A stretch of 64,000 bases of DNA from Candidatus Bathyarchaeota archaeon (GCA_963726255.1 CAVSBL010000002.1:1344001-1408000), one strand, 5' to 3'; positions 28,955-39,607 are shown, counted from the first letter of the stretch. Made by a program: numbers and translations. Notes: generated from the sequence alone by a model not told the origin.

Positions 28955-29931
28955 CGGACAAACCAAAGATAGCTCTGTATTGGTGCGCGAGCTGTGGCGG
29001 ATGCGAAGAGGCAACAGTAGACTTAGCCGAGAGAATACTGGACCTCACCAATCTAGTTGACATCGTCTTCTGGCCAGTTGCTCTTGACTTCAAGGAAGAG
29101 GATGTTGAAAAGCTACCGGACGGTGCCATAACTGCAAGCCTGATCAATGGAGGAGTTCGAGTTACCGAACACGACAAGATGGTCAAGCTCCTCAGAAGGA
29201 AATCGAAGTTGGTCGTTGCTTACGGGGCTTGCTCCGCTTGGGGAGGAGTTCCCGGCCTTGCCAATCTGTACAGTAAAGAAGAACTGGTGTCACTCGTCTA
29301 CCGTGACGTTCCCAGTGTTGACAATCCAGGGAAGGTGGTTCCGCAAAACCGGACGGTTCTAGATGGTGCTGAGCTTGAGCTACCTGAAATCTTCCCTCGC
29401 CTAATCCCTATCGACCAAGCAATAGATGTCGATTACTATGTTCCTGGATGTCCACCCACGGCTGATGTAACTTGGAAAGCGGTTGAAACCCTTCTCTCCG
29501 GAAAACTACCACCAAAAGGCTCAGTCATAGGTGCATCCGAAAAATCCCTCTGCGACGAGTGCCCTCTGAACGAAACGAAACCTGAAAAGATCTTAATTCA
29601 AGATTTGAGGCGTCCACACCAAGTAATCCCCGATCCTGAGAAGTGCCTCCTCACACAGGGCCTTCTATGCCTCGGCCCCGCTACGAGGGGCGGATGCACT
29701 GCTCTATGCGTCAAAGCGAGAATGCCTTGCACAGGTTGTTTCGGACCACTCGATGCCGTCAGTGATTACGGGACAAAAGCAGCGTCCTTCCTCGCAAGCA
29801 TCATAGACTTTAACGACGAGGAATCGGTCCAGCGAGTCATTGACGCGCTGCCAGATCCAGTTGGAACCTTCTACAGGTACACCCTAGCATCATCTCGTCT
29901 CGGAGGCCGTATCATGGGGGGCACGCGATGA
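28951..29931 (+). CDS. mvhG: group 3c [NiFe]-hydrogenase small subunit
   Basis: CASCGGC, GACS, PGCPP, C-terminal Cys clusters; ATG overlaps the mvhD stop. Confidence 0.92.
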   Translation: MTDKPKIALYWCASCGGCEEATVDLAERILDLTNLVDIVFWPVALDFKEEDVEKLPDGAITASLINGGVRVTEHDKMVKLLRRKSKLVVAYGACSAWGGVPGLANLYSKEELVSLVYRDVPSVDNPGKVVPQNRTVLDGAELELPEIFPRLIPIDQAIDVDYYVPGCPPTADVTWKAVETLLSGKLPPKGSVIGASEKSLCDECPLNETKPEKILIQDLRRPHQVIPDPEKCLLTQGLLCLGPATRGGCTALCVKARMPCTGCFGPLDAVSDYGTKAASFLASIIDFNDEESVQRVIDALPDPVGTFYRYTLASSRLGGRIMGGTR

Positions 29932-31394
29932 CGGAAATAACAATCACGCCAACAACGCGCCTCGAAGGGCATGGTAAAATCGTCGTCTGCTTAGACGATC
30001 ATGGAACCTGCACCAAGGCCTACCTGCAGATACCTGAAATCAGGGGCTTCGAGAAATTCGCCGAAGGTAGACATGCCGAGGATATGCCGCAGATAACCTC
30101 CAGAATTTGTGGGGTCTGCCCAATGGCCCATCACATGGCTTCAACCAAGACATTGGATAGCCTTTACAAGATTGAGCCCACGGAGGCGGCCAAGAAAATA
30201 CGCGAGTTGGTATACAACATCTTCATGCTTGAGGACCATGCCATTCACGTGTACATTCTTGGAGGTCCCGATTTCATAGTCGGTCCAACCGCACCTAGAG
30301 CAGAGAGAAACTTGTTAGGAGTCGTCGCCAAAGTCGGAAAAGAAACTGCGCTCAGAGTCATCGGTATGAGGAAAACGCTGAGAAAGATGAACGAGACGCT
30401 TGCAGGAAGAACAATCAATCCCGTAATTGGACTCCCCGGAGGCGTCTCAAGGCCGATATCCTCCAACGAAGCAGAAGAATTGAAGAAGATTGGAGACGAG
30501 GCAGTCGAATTCGCCCTGTTTACTCTCAAAGTATTCAAGGACATTGTCCTCTCAAAGAAGGAGTACGTCGATGTCATCGTCAGCGAAGCTTACACTCACC
30601 GAACGTACTACATGGGACAAGTTGACGAAAAGAACAGAGTCAACTTCTATGACGGCAAGATCAGGGTCGTCACTCCTAACGGCAAGGAGTTCGCTAAGTT
30701 TCAAGGCCAAGAATACTTGAACCATTTGGCCGAGCACGTAGAGCCATGGACATACGTTAAGTTCCCGTACCTGAAACGAGTTGGATGGAAAGGCTTTGTG
30801 GACGGAGAAGACAGTGGCATAGCAAGCGTGGCCCCCCTCGCGAGGTTGAACGTTGCAGATGGAATGGCAACGCCCCTAGCTCAAGAGGCCTATGAGGAAA
30901 TGTTCAAAGTCCTCGGAGGCAAACCCGTGCACCACACCCTCGCAAATCACTGGGCCAGAGTAGTTGAGATGATTTACGCGGCTGAAAGACTTAGAGAACT
31001 TGCGAATGATCCCGAGATCACCGACACAAAGACACGCAACCTTCCGACTGAGACACCAAGGGTAGGGTTCGGGGTGGTCGAGGCCCCGAGAGGAACACTA
31101 ATTCACCACTACGAAACAGACAATCGAGGAGTAATCAGGAAAGCCAACCTGTTAGTCGCAACGCAACACAACGCGGCAAGGATAGCTCTATCAGTTGACA
31201 AGGCCGCCCGCAATTACATAAGGGAAGGAAGAATAGATGACGGCATGCTGAACATGGTGGAAATAGCCCTCAGGGCATACGACCCATGCCATGCATGCGC
31301 AACCCATACCTACCCAGGATCGATGCCATTCGCCGTCTATCTCTACCGGGAAGATGGAACGCTCATAGAAACTGTTAGACGCAAGATCCCATGA
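29928..31394 (+). CDS. mvhA: group 3c [NiFe]-hydrogenase large subunit
   Basis: TRLEGHG, RICGVC, EAPRG, RAYDPCHACATH plus a cleavable C-terminal extension. Confidence 0.95.
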   Translation: MTEITITPTTRLEGHGKIVVCLDDHGTCTKAYLQIPEIRGFEKFAEGRHAEDMPQITSRICGVCPMAHHMASTKTLDSLYKIEPTEAAKKIRELVYNIFMLEDHAIHVYILGGPDFIVGPTAPRAERNLLGVVAKVGKETALRVIGMRKTLRKMNETLAGRTINPVIGLPGGVSRPISSNEAEELKKIGDEAVEFALFTLKVFKDIVLSKKEYVDVIVSEAYTHRTYYMGQVDEKNRVNFYDGKIRVVTPNGKEFAKFQGQEYLNHLAEHVEPWTYVKFPYLKRVGWKGFVDGEDSGIASVAPLARLNVADGMATPLAQEAYEEMFKVLGGKPVHHTLANHWARVVEMIYAAERLRELANDPEITDTKTRNLPTETPRVGFGVVEAPRGTLIHHYETDNRGVIRKANLLVATQHNAARIALSVDKAARNYIREGRIDDGMLNMVEIALRAYDPCHACATHTYPGSMPFAVYLYREDGTLIETVRRKIP

Positions 31395-31855
31395 CTAAAC
31401 CGCTGATCCTTTTTCTAGGCAACAGTATTCTCGCCGATGACAGAATAGGCTTGATCATAGGTGAAATGCTGAAGGAAAAATTAGAGTCCGAAGGAAAGGA
31501 TGTTGAAGTCATTGAGAAGACCGGTTACTCCTTGTTAGATTACCTCGAAGGGAGGGAGAGTGTAATCATAGTAGATAGCGTGATAACTGGAAGACACGGA
31601 ATCGGAGAGATCGTTTCCCTTACACCAGACGATTTTCAACGATTTTCACCCTCCAGTTCCCACTACGCTGGCATACCAGAGTTGCTCAACTTAATGAAAC
31701 AACTAGAGCTTGTTCCTCCTCTAGACTTCAGAGTGATAGGCATCGAAGTTGAAGATCCATATACGGTATCAACGAAGATCTCCAGGAAACTTGAAACAGA
31801 AGTGAACCGGATAGCGGAAGCAATTCATAAGGTCGTATCCGCACCGAAACACTGA
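31391..31855 (+). CDS. hydrogenase maturation protease
   Basis: GNSILADDRIG, IIVDS, SSHY. Confidence 0.9.
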   Translation: MTKPLILFLGNSILADDRIGLIIGEMLKEKLESEGKDVEVIEKTGYSLLDYLEGRESVIIVDSVITGRHGIGEIVSLTPDDFQRFSPSSSHYAGIPELLNLMKQLELVPPLDFRVIGIEVEDPYTVSTKISRKLETEVNRIAEAIHKVVSAPKH

Positions 31856-31980
31856 CAAATTAGGAATAGCTCGATTTGAATAGCATTATCAGAGGTACCA
31901 GTAGCTCGAAAACTATCCGTCTACCCGTTTAGAGTCTATACCGGACAATACTGTAACATAATTGCACAATTACTGGCCGC

Positions 31981-32214
31981 CTAGCGCCGTTCAACTGTTT
32001 CGTACCCAAGCTTCTTGATGGATTCACGTATCACTTGAGTATTTGTTTGGGTAGGGTTGTATCGTACTAGAACTTTGTCCGTGAGATAACTGACGGATAT
32101 GTCAACGATGCCTTGCATGCTCTTCAGTTTCTGTTCTATTACTCGTGAACAGTAAGAGCACCGCGTATTGTATATCGTCAACATTACCTTCGTGGTCCTA
32201 CTGTCATTGATCAT
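31981..32214 (-). CDS. HMA-domain metal chaperone (CopZ-like)
   Basis: CSYC...IKKLGY. Confidence 0.8.
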   Translation of the reverse strand: MINDSRTTKVMLTIYNTRCSYCSRVIEQKLKSMQGIVDISVSYLTDKVLVRYNPTQTNTQVIRESIKKLGYETVERR

Positions 32215-32287
32215 GGCGATGCTCTCGCAATTCTAATAATCATCTTCAGTGTGTATAAGGGGGCTGTCCAAGCGTTCAACCATAAGC

Positions 32288-32307
32288 ATATTAGTTTATT
32301 CTAATAC
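32288..32307. promoter_or_regulatory. ArsR-type operator candidate
   Basis: ATATTAG-TTTATT-CTAATAC directly upstream of an ArsR gene. Confidence 0.55.
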
Positions 32308-32326
32308 ACTTACCGCTTGACCACGA

Positions 32327-32644
32327 ATGAAGATTTACTCTCTCCAAGCAGACCTATGCAAGGCACTGGCCCACCCCGTTAGGTTGCAGATACTCGACCT
32401 ACTCGCCAAGAAAGAATACACCGTTGAAGACTTAGCCAAGCTCACCGGCTCAGGCCAATCAAACCTCTCCCAACACTTGGGAGCACTTAGACAGCAGAAA
32501 CTCGTCGTTCCTCGACGTGCAGGAATGAACGTGTATTATGGCCTGTCAAATCCGAAAATAGTGGATGCATGCACTCTGATCAGAAACTTGCTTGTGGACC
32601 TGCTTGAAGACGAACATCGTGTGGTAAAAAAGATAGAGGCATGA
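32327..32644 (+). CDS. ArsR/SmtB-family regulator
   Basis: KALAHPVRLQIL, SNLSQHL, VYYGL. Confidence 0.9.
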   Translation: MKIYSLQADLCKALAHPVRLQILDLLAKKEYTVEDLAKLTGSGQSNLSQHLGALRQQKLVVPRRAGMNVYYGLSNPKIVDACTLIRNLLVDLLEDEHRVVKKIEA

Positions 32645-32648
32645 ACCA

Positions 32649-33311
32649 ATGGGTATCCTACCGGAATCGCACGTAAGTAGATTGAAAGCCGACCTAGCGA
32701 AAATGCTAGTCAATCCCGTAAAAGTAACCGTATTCACTCAGGAAATTGAATGCGACTACTGCAAAGAGACACGGGAACTCGTAGAAGAAATCAGCTCGCT
32801 CACCGACAAGATCAAGCTCCAAGTACTTGACTTCGTCAAGGATAAGGAAAAGGCCGTAGAATACGGAGTTGACAAAGTGCCAGCAATAGTCATTGAAGGC
32901 TCAAAGAAGTCAAAGGTAAAATTCTACGGAGTACCCGCAGGCTACGAATTCAACACACTCATCAAAGATATGGTGCTAGTAAGCAGAGGAGAAACCGAGC
33001 TAACCGCCGAAACCAAGAGAAGACTAAGGGACATCAAGAAACCCGTACACGTGAAAGTGTTTGTCACACCAACCTGCCCCTACTGCCCCGGAATGGTAAG
33101 TCTGGCACATCAATTCGCGATGGAGAACGAGAACATCACCGCGGACATGATTGAAATCAGCGAATTCCCGCAGCTAGGCATCAAATACAACGTGTCTGGC
33201 GTACCTAAAACGGTCATTAACGAATCCGTTGAAGTTCTGGGAATGCAGCCAGAGGAAGAGTTCGTCCGCCAACTCGAAGCAGCAACAAAACCGTCACCAA
33301 CCTACGGATAA
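32649..33311 (+). CDS. archaeal-type protein disulfide oxidoreductase (PDO, two thioredoxin folds)
   Basis: CDYC and CPYC; GVPAGYEF. Confidence 0.9.
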   Translation: MGILPESHVSRLKADLAKMLVNPVKVTVFTQEIECDYCKETRELVEEISSLTDKIKLQVLDFVKDKEKAVEYGVDKVPAIVIEGSKKSKVKFYGVPAGYEFNTLIKDMVLVSRGETELTAETKRRLRDIKKPVHVKVFVTPTCPYCPGMVSLAHQFAMENENITADMIEISEFPQLGIKYNVSGVPKTVINESVEVLGMQPEEEFVRQLEAATKPSPTYG

Positions 33312-33357
33312 GCCCACGACTCGTACGATTAATTCTAATGATTAGGAGGTGATTTGA

Positions 33358-33534
33358 TTGGCAAAGAAATTCAAGTGCGCTGATATTGGGATGAAATGTG
33401 ACTATGAGGAAACCGCAACCACAACCGAGCAGCTCATGCCCAAACTTGCTGCTCACGCCAAAGCCGCGCACGGAATGAGTGAAATTCCGACAGAAATCAT
33501 GGCGAAGATCACCGCGGCAATCAAGGACATCTAG
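33358..33534 (+). CDS. DUF1059-family small metal-binding protein (not in ORF track)
   Basis: GGAGGTGA RBS; MAKKFKCADIGMKCDY...AAHAKAAHGM. Confidence 0.85.
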   Translation: MAKKFKCADIGMKCDYEETATTTEQLMPKLAAHAKAAHGMSEIPTEIMAKITAAIKDI

Positions 33535-33565
33535 AAAGAGAAGGTCCGAATACCACACTCTTTTC

Positions 33566-34219
33566 CTATTTTGTACGTTTCCGAGTTGTCCTTTTAATTA
33601 ATCCGCGTATGACAACTGCACATTGAATCCCTCGATAACTAAGATTCCTCTCCAATCTTTCCTGTTCGACCCGAGTATTGGGTCCCTTAGCGAGCGGATT
33701 GTTAACGTACGTTGCATCGCCTGAATAACCTGTCAAGACGACCCAATGGGGCAAGTCCTCTTTTCCTCCGAACAATGAAGTCGAAGTAAGGAATAGTGGA
33801 ATATGCGACTTGGTCAGAAGCGCCTTCAGGGTTTGCAGTTTGATCGGACGATTGACATTGCTCAGTCCCATTGCGTGAAACTTACTTCGAATATCTCCGT
33901 AGAGAAGTTCAAGAACTCCTCTGTCAAGGGAAGGGATCTCGTGTGAAATCTCGTCTATGAAGGAGTGCTTTCGAGATATTCCCATGGTGAATGCTGAGAA
34001 TCCGCGTCTTGCTGCAGCCACAGCTAATCCTTCCTTACTGGTCCCGTAACTCTCGACAAGATTTGACTCCCGCCAAATATCCAACTCAAGCCCCTTGGTA
34101 AGGCGGAGCGCGGGTTGGAAGAACTTCATAGCCATCAACAGGCTAGCCGGACCGCAAGTAAACTGAGACGTTTGTTTGTGGAATGGGACTCGAAGGTGGA
34201 GTGAGTTCTTCGACTTCAC
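33566..34219 (-). CDS. peptidase C39-like protein (DUF3335-type)
   Basis: QTSQFTCGPASL, PHWVVLTG, NNP. Confidence 0.75.
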   Translation of the reverse strand: MKSKNSLHLRVPFHKQTSQFTCGPASLLMAMKFFQPALRLTKGLELDIWRESNLVESYGTSKEGLAVAAARRGFSAFTMGISRKHSFIDEISHEIPSLDRGVLELLYGDIRSKFHAMGLSNVNRPIKLQTLKALLTKSHIPLFLTSTSLFGGKEDLPHWVVLTGYSGDATYVNNPLAKGPNTRVEQERLERNLSYRGIQCAVVIRGLIKRTTRKRTK

Positions 34220-34404
34220 TTGAGTTTCTTCCTACGCTTCCTACCATACGTTCAATATTCGTTTCCTTACTATCTGTCAGCCGTTAATCACATAAATCGA
34301 TAAGGCATTTCAGGGAGTATGAGCAGGATACTCTTGGAAAATCCACACTGAAGAATGAATCCAGCCGATCGTCATACCTGATCATTAAGCAGTTTTCATT
34401 AGCT

Positions 34405-34998
34405 TCACAATAACTGAAGGATTATGCTTTCGAGCGTAGCGTAGCTCTGCTGACCCTGAAGTGATGTTACGATCGCGCCATTTCTGTTAATTATGAAGAA
34501 AGTTGGTGTGACGTTAACGCCAAACATACTCATGGTGGAACCGCTTGAATCATACACGTATGTCAAACTCGAGCCGTAGTCCCTTATGAACTTCGCCACG
34601 TCATTCTTCGTGGTGCCCTGCCACGGGCCGGAAACGCTAATGAATGCCACGTTGCCGCCGTATTTTTGGTGCAGCTGTTCTAGGATTGGAACCATCGATT
34701 GGCAATGAGAACACCAAGGTTCCATGAACTCGAGGAATACAACTTTCCCCTGAAGTGAGGAAAATGAGAAGGATTCACCCGTTGCGCCGCTTGGTCCGAT
34801 CACAGGTAACGTGAAATCAAGTGGGTTGGAAGACCGTGACGATGTTGTGGACGAATTTTCAGTCTGTTGTTGGATGGGCAGAGGAGGCTGCGTTAGTGAG
34901 TAGATCACCCAAGCTGCAATCATAATTATCAATGGAATGGCGATCTTTTCCGCCCTGCTTAGTCTCTGTTTCTTTTCTGAGGGCTTCTTTGATGACAT
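34405..34998 (-). CDS. membrane-anchored TlpA/ResA-like thiol-disulfide oxidoreductase
   Basis: N-terminal TM, WCSHC, VTPTF cis-Pro loop. Confidence 0.85.
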   Translation of the reverse strand: MSSKKPSEKKQRLSRAEKIAIPLIIMIAAWVIYSLTQPPLPIQQQTENSSTTSSRSSNPLDFTLPVIGPSGATGESFSFSSLQGKVVFLEFMEPWCSHCQSMVPILEQLHQKYGGNVAFISVSGPWQGTTKNDVAKFIRDYGSSLTYVYDSSGSTMSMFGVNVTPTFFIINRNGAIVTSLQGQQSYATLESIILQLL

Positions 34999-35097
34999 AA
35001 CCCTTACCAGAAAATCTGCAGAGCACTTATCTAAGATTAGGATGACGGCCCATTCACACAGCAGGAAGTCAGTACTTAAGATGGGAAGGATGTCTGA

Positions 35098-35230
35098 GTC
35101 GAAAGAAACAGGTTAACTGTTCGCGGTATGGATTGTTTTGATGGGACACCAGTACTGGACATAATGCCATACAAGGACGACTACAAAGTCGACGATTATG
35201 GTATTGCCGCTTGGTATCATGGACTAATCA
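35098..35230 (+). pseudogene. C-terminal remnant of a TsaA/TrmO-like gene
   Basis: VERNRLTVRGMDCFDGTPVLDIMPY...WY matches the C-terminus of 50645-51163; in-frame TGA immediately upstream. Confidence 0.7.
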
Positions 35231-35291
35231 GTGAAGCAACAAGACGTGCGTGGCACTGTCTTAGTACTCTCCACTATCTCGTCTCGTGCGC

Positions 35292-37703
35292 TCATAGCCC
35301 TAATTTTCTGAACGCGAAGTACTTGGGGAAGTCTACGGCAAGCGTGAATATTGCAGAGAGTCCCAAGACAACGAGAACTTGCATAGTCGTGACGGATGGT
35401 AGGACAACGCCGTAGATTCCCAGCAAGGCAAATCCAATCACCGTAGCTAAGCTAGAGATGGCAAGTTCCCTTCCGGGTCGAGAGGCCCAGAAGTGTCCTC
35501 TCTCCCTCACAATAAGGACTCTAAACTGGCTGGTAAAGACTAGCGTAAGCAGCACAAAGGTCTGAAGGGTTCCCAGCTCCATGTGATAGTAATTCGTGCC
35601 GATGAAGATGACGATGGCACCTTCGACAACCAAGAGTAGGCCGATAATGAGTGAGGCTAACGTGATGTTCTTCACGTTCCAGATGTTTGGGCTGCGCGTG
35701 GTCTTCACGTTATCAGTGGCAAGTGACATTGTTACGAAGTCATTTGCAAACACCAACAAAACCATGCCCAGCACTGAGAGTACGACGTGGTGCAACCAGA
35801 AGAAGCCCAAGACTAGTATGCCGACGAACTGTATTACTTTCGTGACCTTGTTGACAACCCACGTTAGCATGCGCTGGTAGATTTGCCTGCTCGTGCCTAT
35901 TGCGTTGAGGATAACTCTGAGTCCGGGTTCGGTTAGAACTATGCTGGCAGATGCTTTTGCAACATCGGTTGAGTCGCTTACAGCTATGCCTACTTCCGCT
36001 TGTTTGAGCGCAGGTGAATCGTTCACACCGTCTCCTGTCATTCCTACCATGTGGCCTCTCGATTGCAGAAGTTTCACCAGTTTGTACTTGTCTTCTGGAT
36101 AAATCTCAGCCAATCCATCATATTCATCCAGAGCGCTTGCTTGATCCGCTTCTGATAGTTTCTCTAGATTTGACATCGAGTAGATTCGATTGCCAATGTC
36201 TACTTGGCTTGCGATCTCTCTGGCTATTGCCACGTTATCTCCTGTCAGCATTTTCGTCTTTACGCCTAAGCGGTTCAGTTCCCCTATCGTTTCCTTCGAG
36301 TCGGGTCTGGGAGGATCGGCCAGCGGGAGGAGCCCTACAAGCTTGAAGTTATCTAGGTCATTATCCTCTGATTTGGCGACCGCGATTGTTCGATAGCCTT
36401 TCTTGGATAATGATTCCACATTATTGTTGACATTTTTCCTAGTTTCATCGTCTACTTTGCATAGAGACAGAATTACTTGTGGTGCTCCTTTGGCTACTCT
36501 GAATCGTTTTCCGTCGTGTTCGACGATTGCTTCGGATCTCTTTGTCGCTGGATCAAATGGAGTAAACGACTCTTGCGTATATTGGATGGGGGCGGAGAGG
36601 TTCTTTGCGTAGTCGATCACGGCGAGGTCAATTACGTCTCTTATCTCCTCTTTCGAAGCTAGTCTCGCCATTATTGCGACGTCGTTCTTTTCGAACCCTT
36701 GGAAAGGGATAGGGTCGGTGACAGAGAGTTTGTTCTGTGTGATTGTACCGGTCTTGTCTAGGCATAGCACTTCCATTGATGCTGCGTCCTCAATGGAATT
36801 GAGCCTAGTTACTAGAGCGCCTTCTTTGGCAAGTTCCATTGCGCCCACCGCGAGAACGATGGCAAAGACTGCAGGTAGCGCGACTGGGACGGAACCCATG
36901 AGAAAGATTAGAGCGAACCTTACGATGGTTAGGGCGTCTACGACTCGTGTTAAAGCCGCGTCTAATACCACGAACGCCAGGGCCGCAATGCCAATGTACA
37001 TTGCATATTTGACAATGGCCGACATGATCTGCTCTTGGTGCGATTTGGGTTTGGCGATTTTCACTAATTCAGCAGTCTTTCCGAAGTATGTGTGGGCTCC
37101 CGTGTTGAGTACGAGAGCTTTCGCTTCGCCTCGCTTTATGATAGAACTCGAATAGAGAATCCCGGATTGATGTGCGGTCACGGGAAGTGATTCACCGGTC
37201 AACGCTGACTGATCAACGGACACTTCTCCAGCGACTATCTTGCCGTCAGCTGGTATTAGGTCGCCCAAACCAACCTGTATGATGTCGCCTGGAACTATTT
37301 CCCGAGCATCCTTGACGACCCATTCTCCATTCCGCAGAATTTTCGCTTTGATTGCTAGCCGTTTCTTCAGGAGTTCAAGTGCTTTCAGAGAGCTGCGCGT
37401 ATGGTGAAATCCGATGATAGCGTTCAGGGTCAGAAGCCCAAAGACTATTCCCACTTCCAGGTAGTGGCCTATGACGTATGAGAGAACCATCGTTAATTCC
37501 AAAAGCCAAGGCATTGGCCCCCAATACCGCGCCAAGAAATCGACAAACGGGTTCTTCCGCTTCTCCGATAATTCGTTGTAGCCAGATTCGCTAATGCGTC
37601 TCTTTGCCTCATTTTCGCTCAGACCGTTTGTTGACGTGCTCAATGCCGAGTACGCGGCTTCAATTGTTACGTCGGCAAAGTCTGCTGTCGTTCTAGTTGT
37701 CAT
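35292..37703 (-). CDS. P3A-type plasma-membrane proton-efflux P-type ATPase
   Basis: WGPMPW, TGES, PVALP, DKTGT, KGAPQ, TGDGVND, ND...MS...D. Confidence 0.9.
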   Translation of the reverse strand: MTTRTTADFADVTIEAAYSALSTSTNGLSENEAKRRISESGYNELSEKRKNPFVDFLARYWGPMPWLLELTMVLSYVIGHYLEVGIVFGLLTLNAIIGFHHTRSSLKALELLKKRLAIKAKILRNGEWVVKDAREIVPGDIIQVGLGDLIPADGKIVAGEVSVDQSALTGESLPVTAHQSGILYSSSIIKRGEAKALVLNTGAHTYFGKTAELVKIAKPKSHQEQIMSAIVKYAMYIGIAALAFVVLDAALTRVVDALTIVRFALIFLMGSVPVALPAVFAIVLAVGAMELAKEGALVTRLNSIEDAASMEVLCLDKTGTITQNKLSVTDPIPFQGFEKNDVAIMARLASKEEIRDVIDLAVIDYAKNLSAPIQYTQESFTPFDPATKRSEAIVEHDGKRFRVAKGAPQVILSLCKVDDETRKNVNNNVESLSKKGYRTIAVAKSEDNDLDNFKLVGLLPLADPPRPDSKETIGELNRLGVKTKMLTGDNVAIAREIASQVDIGNRIYSMSNLEKLSEADQASALDEYDGLAEIYPEDKYKLVKLLQSRGHMVGMTGDGVNDSPALKQAEVGIAVSDSTDVAKASASIVLTEPGLRVILNAIGTSRQIYQRMLTWVVNKVTKVIQFVGILVLGFFWLHHVVLSVLGMVLLVFANDFVTMSLATDNVKTTRSPNIWNVKNITLASLIIGLLLVVEGAIVIFIGTNYYHMELGTLQTFVLLTLVFTSQFRVLIVRERGHFWASRPGRELAISSLATVIGFALLGIYGVVLPSVTTMQVLVVLGLSAIFTLAVDFPKYFAFRKLGL

Positions 37704-38010
37704 TGAATGAGTACGCCTATCAAGTGTTCACAAAAGCGGCAGTAACCTACCGGCGTTAGTAAGAGTTCCTGACACGATCAGACAAGTCGAAGTCGATTGA
37801 ATGTCAGTTGTGGAGGCAATGAACGAGAAGAGAATCGACCAGTCCGCGTTCTTCTCAGCAGGAGAGGCTAACTAGTAATCATGTACATCAAGCCCGTCGA
37901 GAAGAGGCATGAACGCAAAAATCACTGAGAATGCTCTTCGCCCAGAAGGATTCGTTTCATATCTTCGTATTGGTCCTTCGTGATCTCTCCGAGGGCAGAT
38001 CGCTTCTGCA

Positions 38011-38790
38011 CTATTTCTCGTCATAATTCCAAAAGTGATTTGACCGTTTTTGACCTCCGACCAGCGCAACCACGCCTAGCGTCATCTCCTCCGTAAGCGT
38101 ACGTTGAAAGCCGATAGTGGACAGTGCTTCGGCGATTTCATCCGCGGAGGTTGATTTCAGTATCGAATTTGCAAGGTAGATCAAAGTATACTTCCAGTGC
38201 GCGGAAACTAATCCCCCAAGAGCGGGAATCACATAAAACATATGAAGCCTGAAAACTCGCCACACCAAAACGTTCTCTGGCCTAACAAAATCCACCGAGA
38301 GAAACCATCCCTGTTGAAGCAACACCCTCAGCGACTCACGAAACACAGCCATTTTGTCGCCTAAATTGCGCAACGCTAGTCCGACCGTCACGTACCTGAA
38401 GGTTCCGCTCCGAAAAGGAAGAAATTCTCCGACAGCCCTCACAAAGTCTACATCACAACGGCCCCTTGCCGCATGTTTTTTCCGGTTGGCTATACGCAGC
38501 ATCGAGGGGCTCAGATCCAGGCCTACGACGTAACCACTCCACACGTTCAAGCGTGCCAGGTTGAAAGTCACCAATCCGGTGCCGCACGCTACGTCTAGGA
38601 CCTTAGTTTTATTGGAAAAGACCATCTTGGCAAACATACGTCTCCGCCAAACCCAATCTAGCGAAAGCGTCATCAGATGAACAAGAACATCATACTCGTT
38701 CTCAACATCTGTGAAGATTGCTGTTACAAACTTGGCTTTGTCCACGAATTTGGTAGGAATTTCGATCAGCGTCATGCGTTTCTGGACCAC
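38011..38790 (-). CDS. UbiE/MenG-family methyltransferase
   Basis: F......YD.....M....D..WR, LDVACGTG, LRN, YL..SI. Confidence 0.75.
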   Translation of the reverse strand: MVQKRMTLIEIPTKFVDKAKFVTAIFTDVENEYDVLVHLMTLSLDWVWRRRMFAKMVFSNKTKVLDVACGTGLVTFNLARLNVWSGYVVGLDLSPSMLRIANRKKHAARGRCDVDFVRAVGEFLPFRSGTFRYVTVGLALRNLGDKMAVFRESLRVLLQQGWFLSVDFVRPENVLVWRVFRLHMFYVIPALGGLVSAHWKYTLIYLANSILKSTSADEIAEALSTIGFQRTLTEEMTLGVVALVGGQKRSNHFWNYDEK

Positions 38791-39067
38791 CTACTGAAAG
38801 GAATGGTTAATTTGTGCAGCAAGCCGGCTAAATCGATGTTTGCACATGCACCACTTGGAGGAAGACAGAGTAATAGATGAGATAAGAAGGCTATCCACTA
38901 TCACATGGGGAGCGCTCGCAAACTACTCTTATGGCATACCGAGTATTGTCTCTCGCCTTCTGAAGCCGCATCGTCGCCTGCGGCTTGCTGTTTAGCGCCG
39001 GACGGAAAGAGTTATTTTGCATAAGTATTCACTAACATGCCGTTAGAATACGGACAAGGGCAGGATA

Positions 39068-39580
39068 ATGCTGAAGATTAGGATCAGTTGGCCTAAGCTT
39101 CTCTTGCTTGTGGCCATGTCTGCATTCGGACTATGGGCCTCTTCCATGGTGATAGTCGTCTACTATACGATGAAACAGTCTTTGCCTTTCTGTCCTCTGC
39201 AGCAAGGGCCAGGGATAGTGGTGAATTGCAATGCCGTACTGGACAGCAGGTACAGTATGGTCTTTGGCGTTCCTCTTGAGCTATTCGCTGTCGCGTACTT
39301 TGTCATCAATCTCTTATTGGTCTATTTCATTGCTTTTGGGAGTGATCGCTTGTTTAGAACCTCACTGAATGCCTTGTTTGGATGGAGATTCCTAGGCATT
39401 GTAATTGTACCATACCTCGTCTTCGTCGAGCTGTTTCTGGTTAAGGCCATTTGCGTTTACTGTACTATTATGCACGTTGCGATCATTGCAGATTTTCTCA
39501 TCATCAGCTACCTTCTTTTCTATAAGAAACGCGGCCTGATAGAAGCGGTAGAAGCCACCACGAGCGGGAGGGCAGCGTGA
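39068..39580 (+). CDS. VKOR-family membrane thiol oxidoreductase
   Basis: C...NC.AVL.S.YS..FGVP, CVYC. Confidence 0.88.
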   Translation: MLKIRISWPKLLLLVAMSAFGLWASSMVIVVYYTMKQSLPFCPLQQGPGIVVNCNAVLDSRYSMVFGVPLELFAVAYFVINLLLVYFIAFGSDRLFRTSLNALFGWRFLGIVIVPYLVFVELFLVKAICVYCTIMHVAIIADFLIISYLLFYKKRGLIEAVEATTSGRAA

Positions 39581-39607
39581 AGTAGATTACATAGGCGTTC
39601 AATATCG

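Noticed and set aside
24040-31855. Evidence for methanogenesis or dissimilatory sulfate reduction
   Set aside because: No mcr, hdrB, aprAB, sat or dsrAB in the window; HdrA, Mvh and Qmo-like genes alone are not diagnostic.
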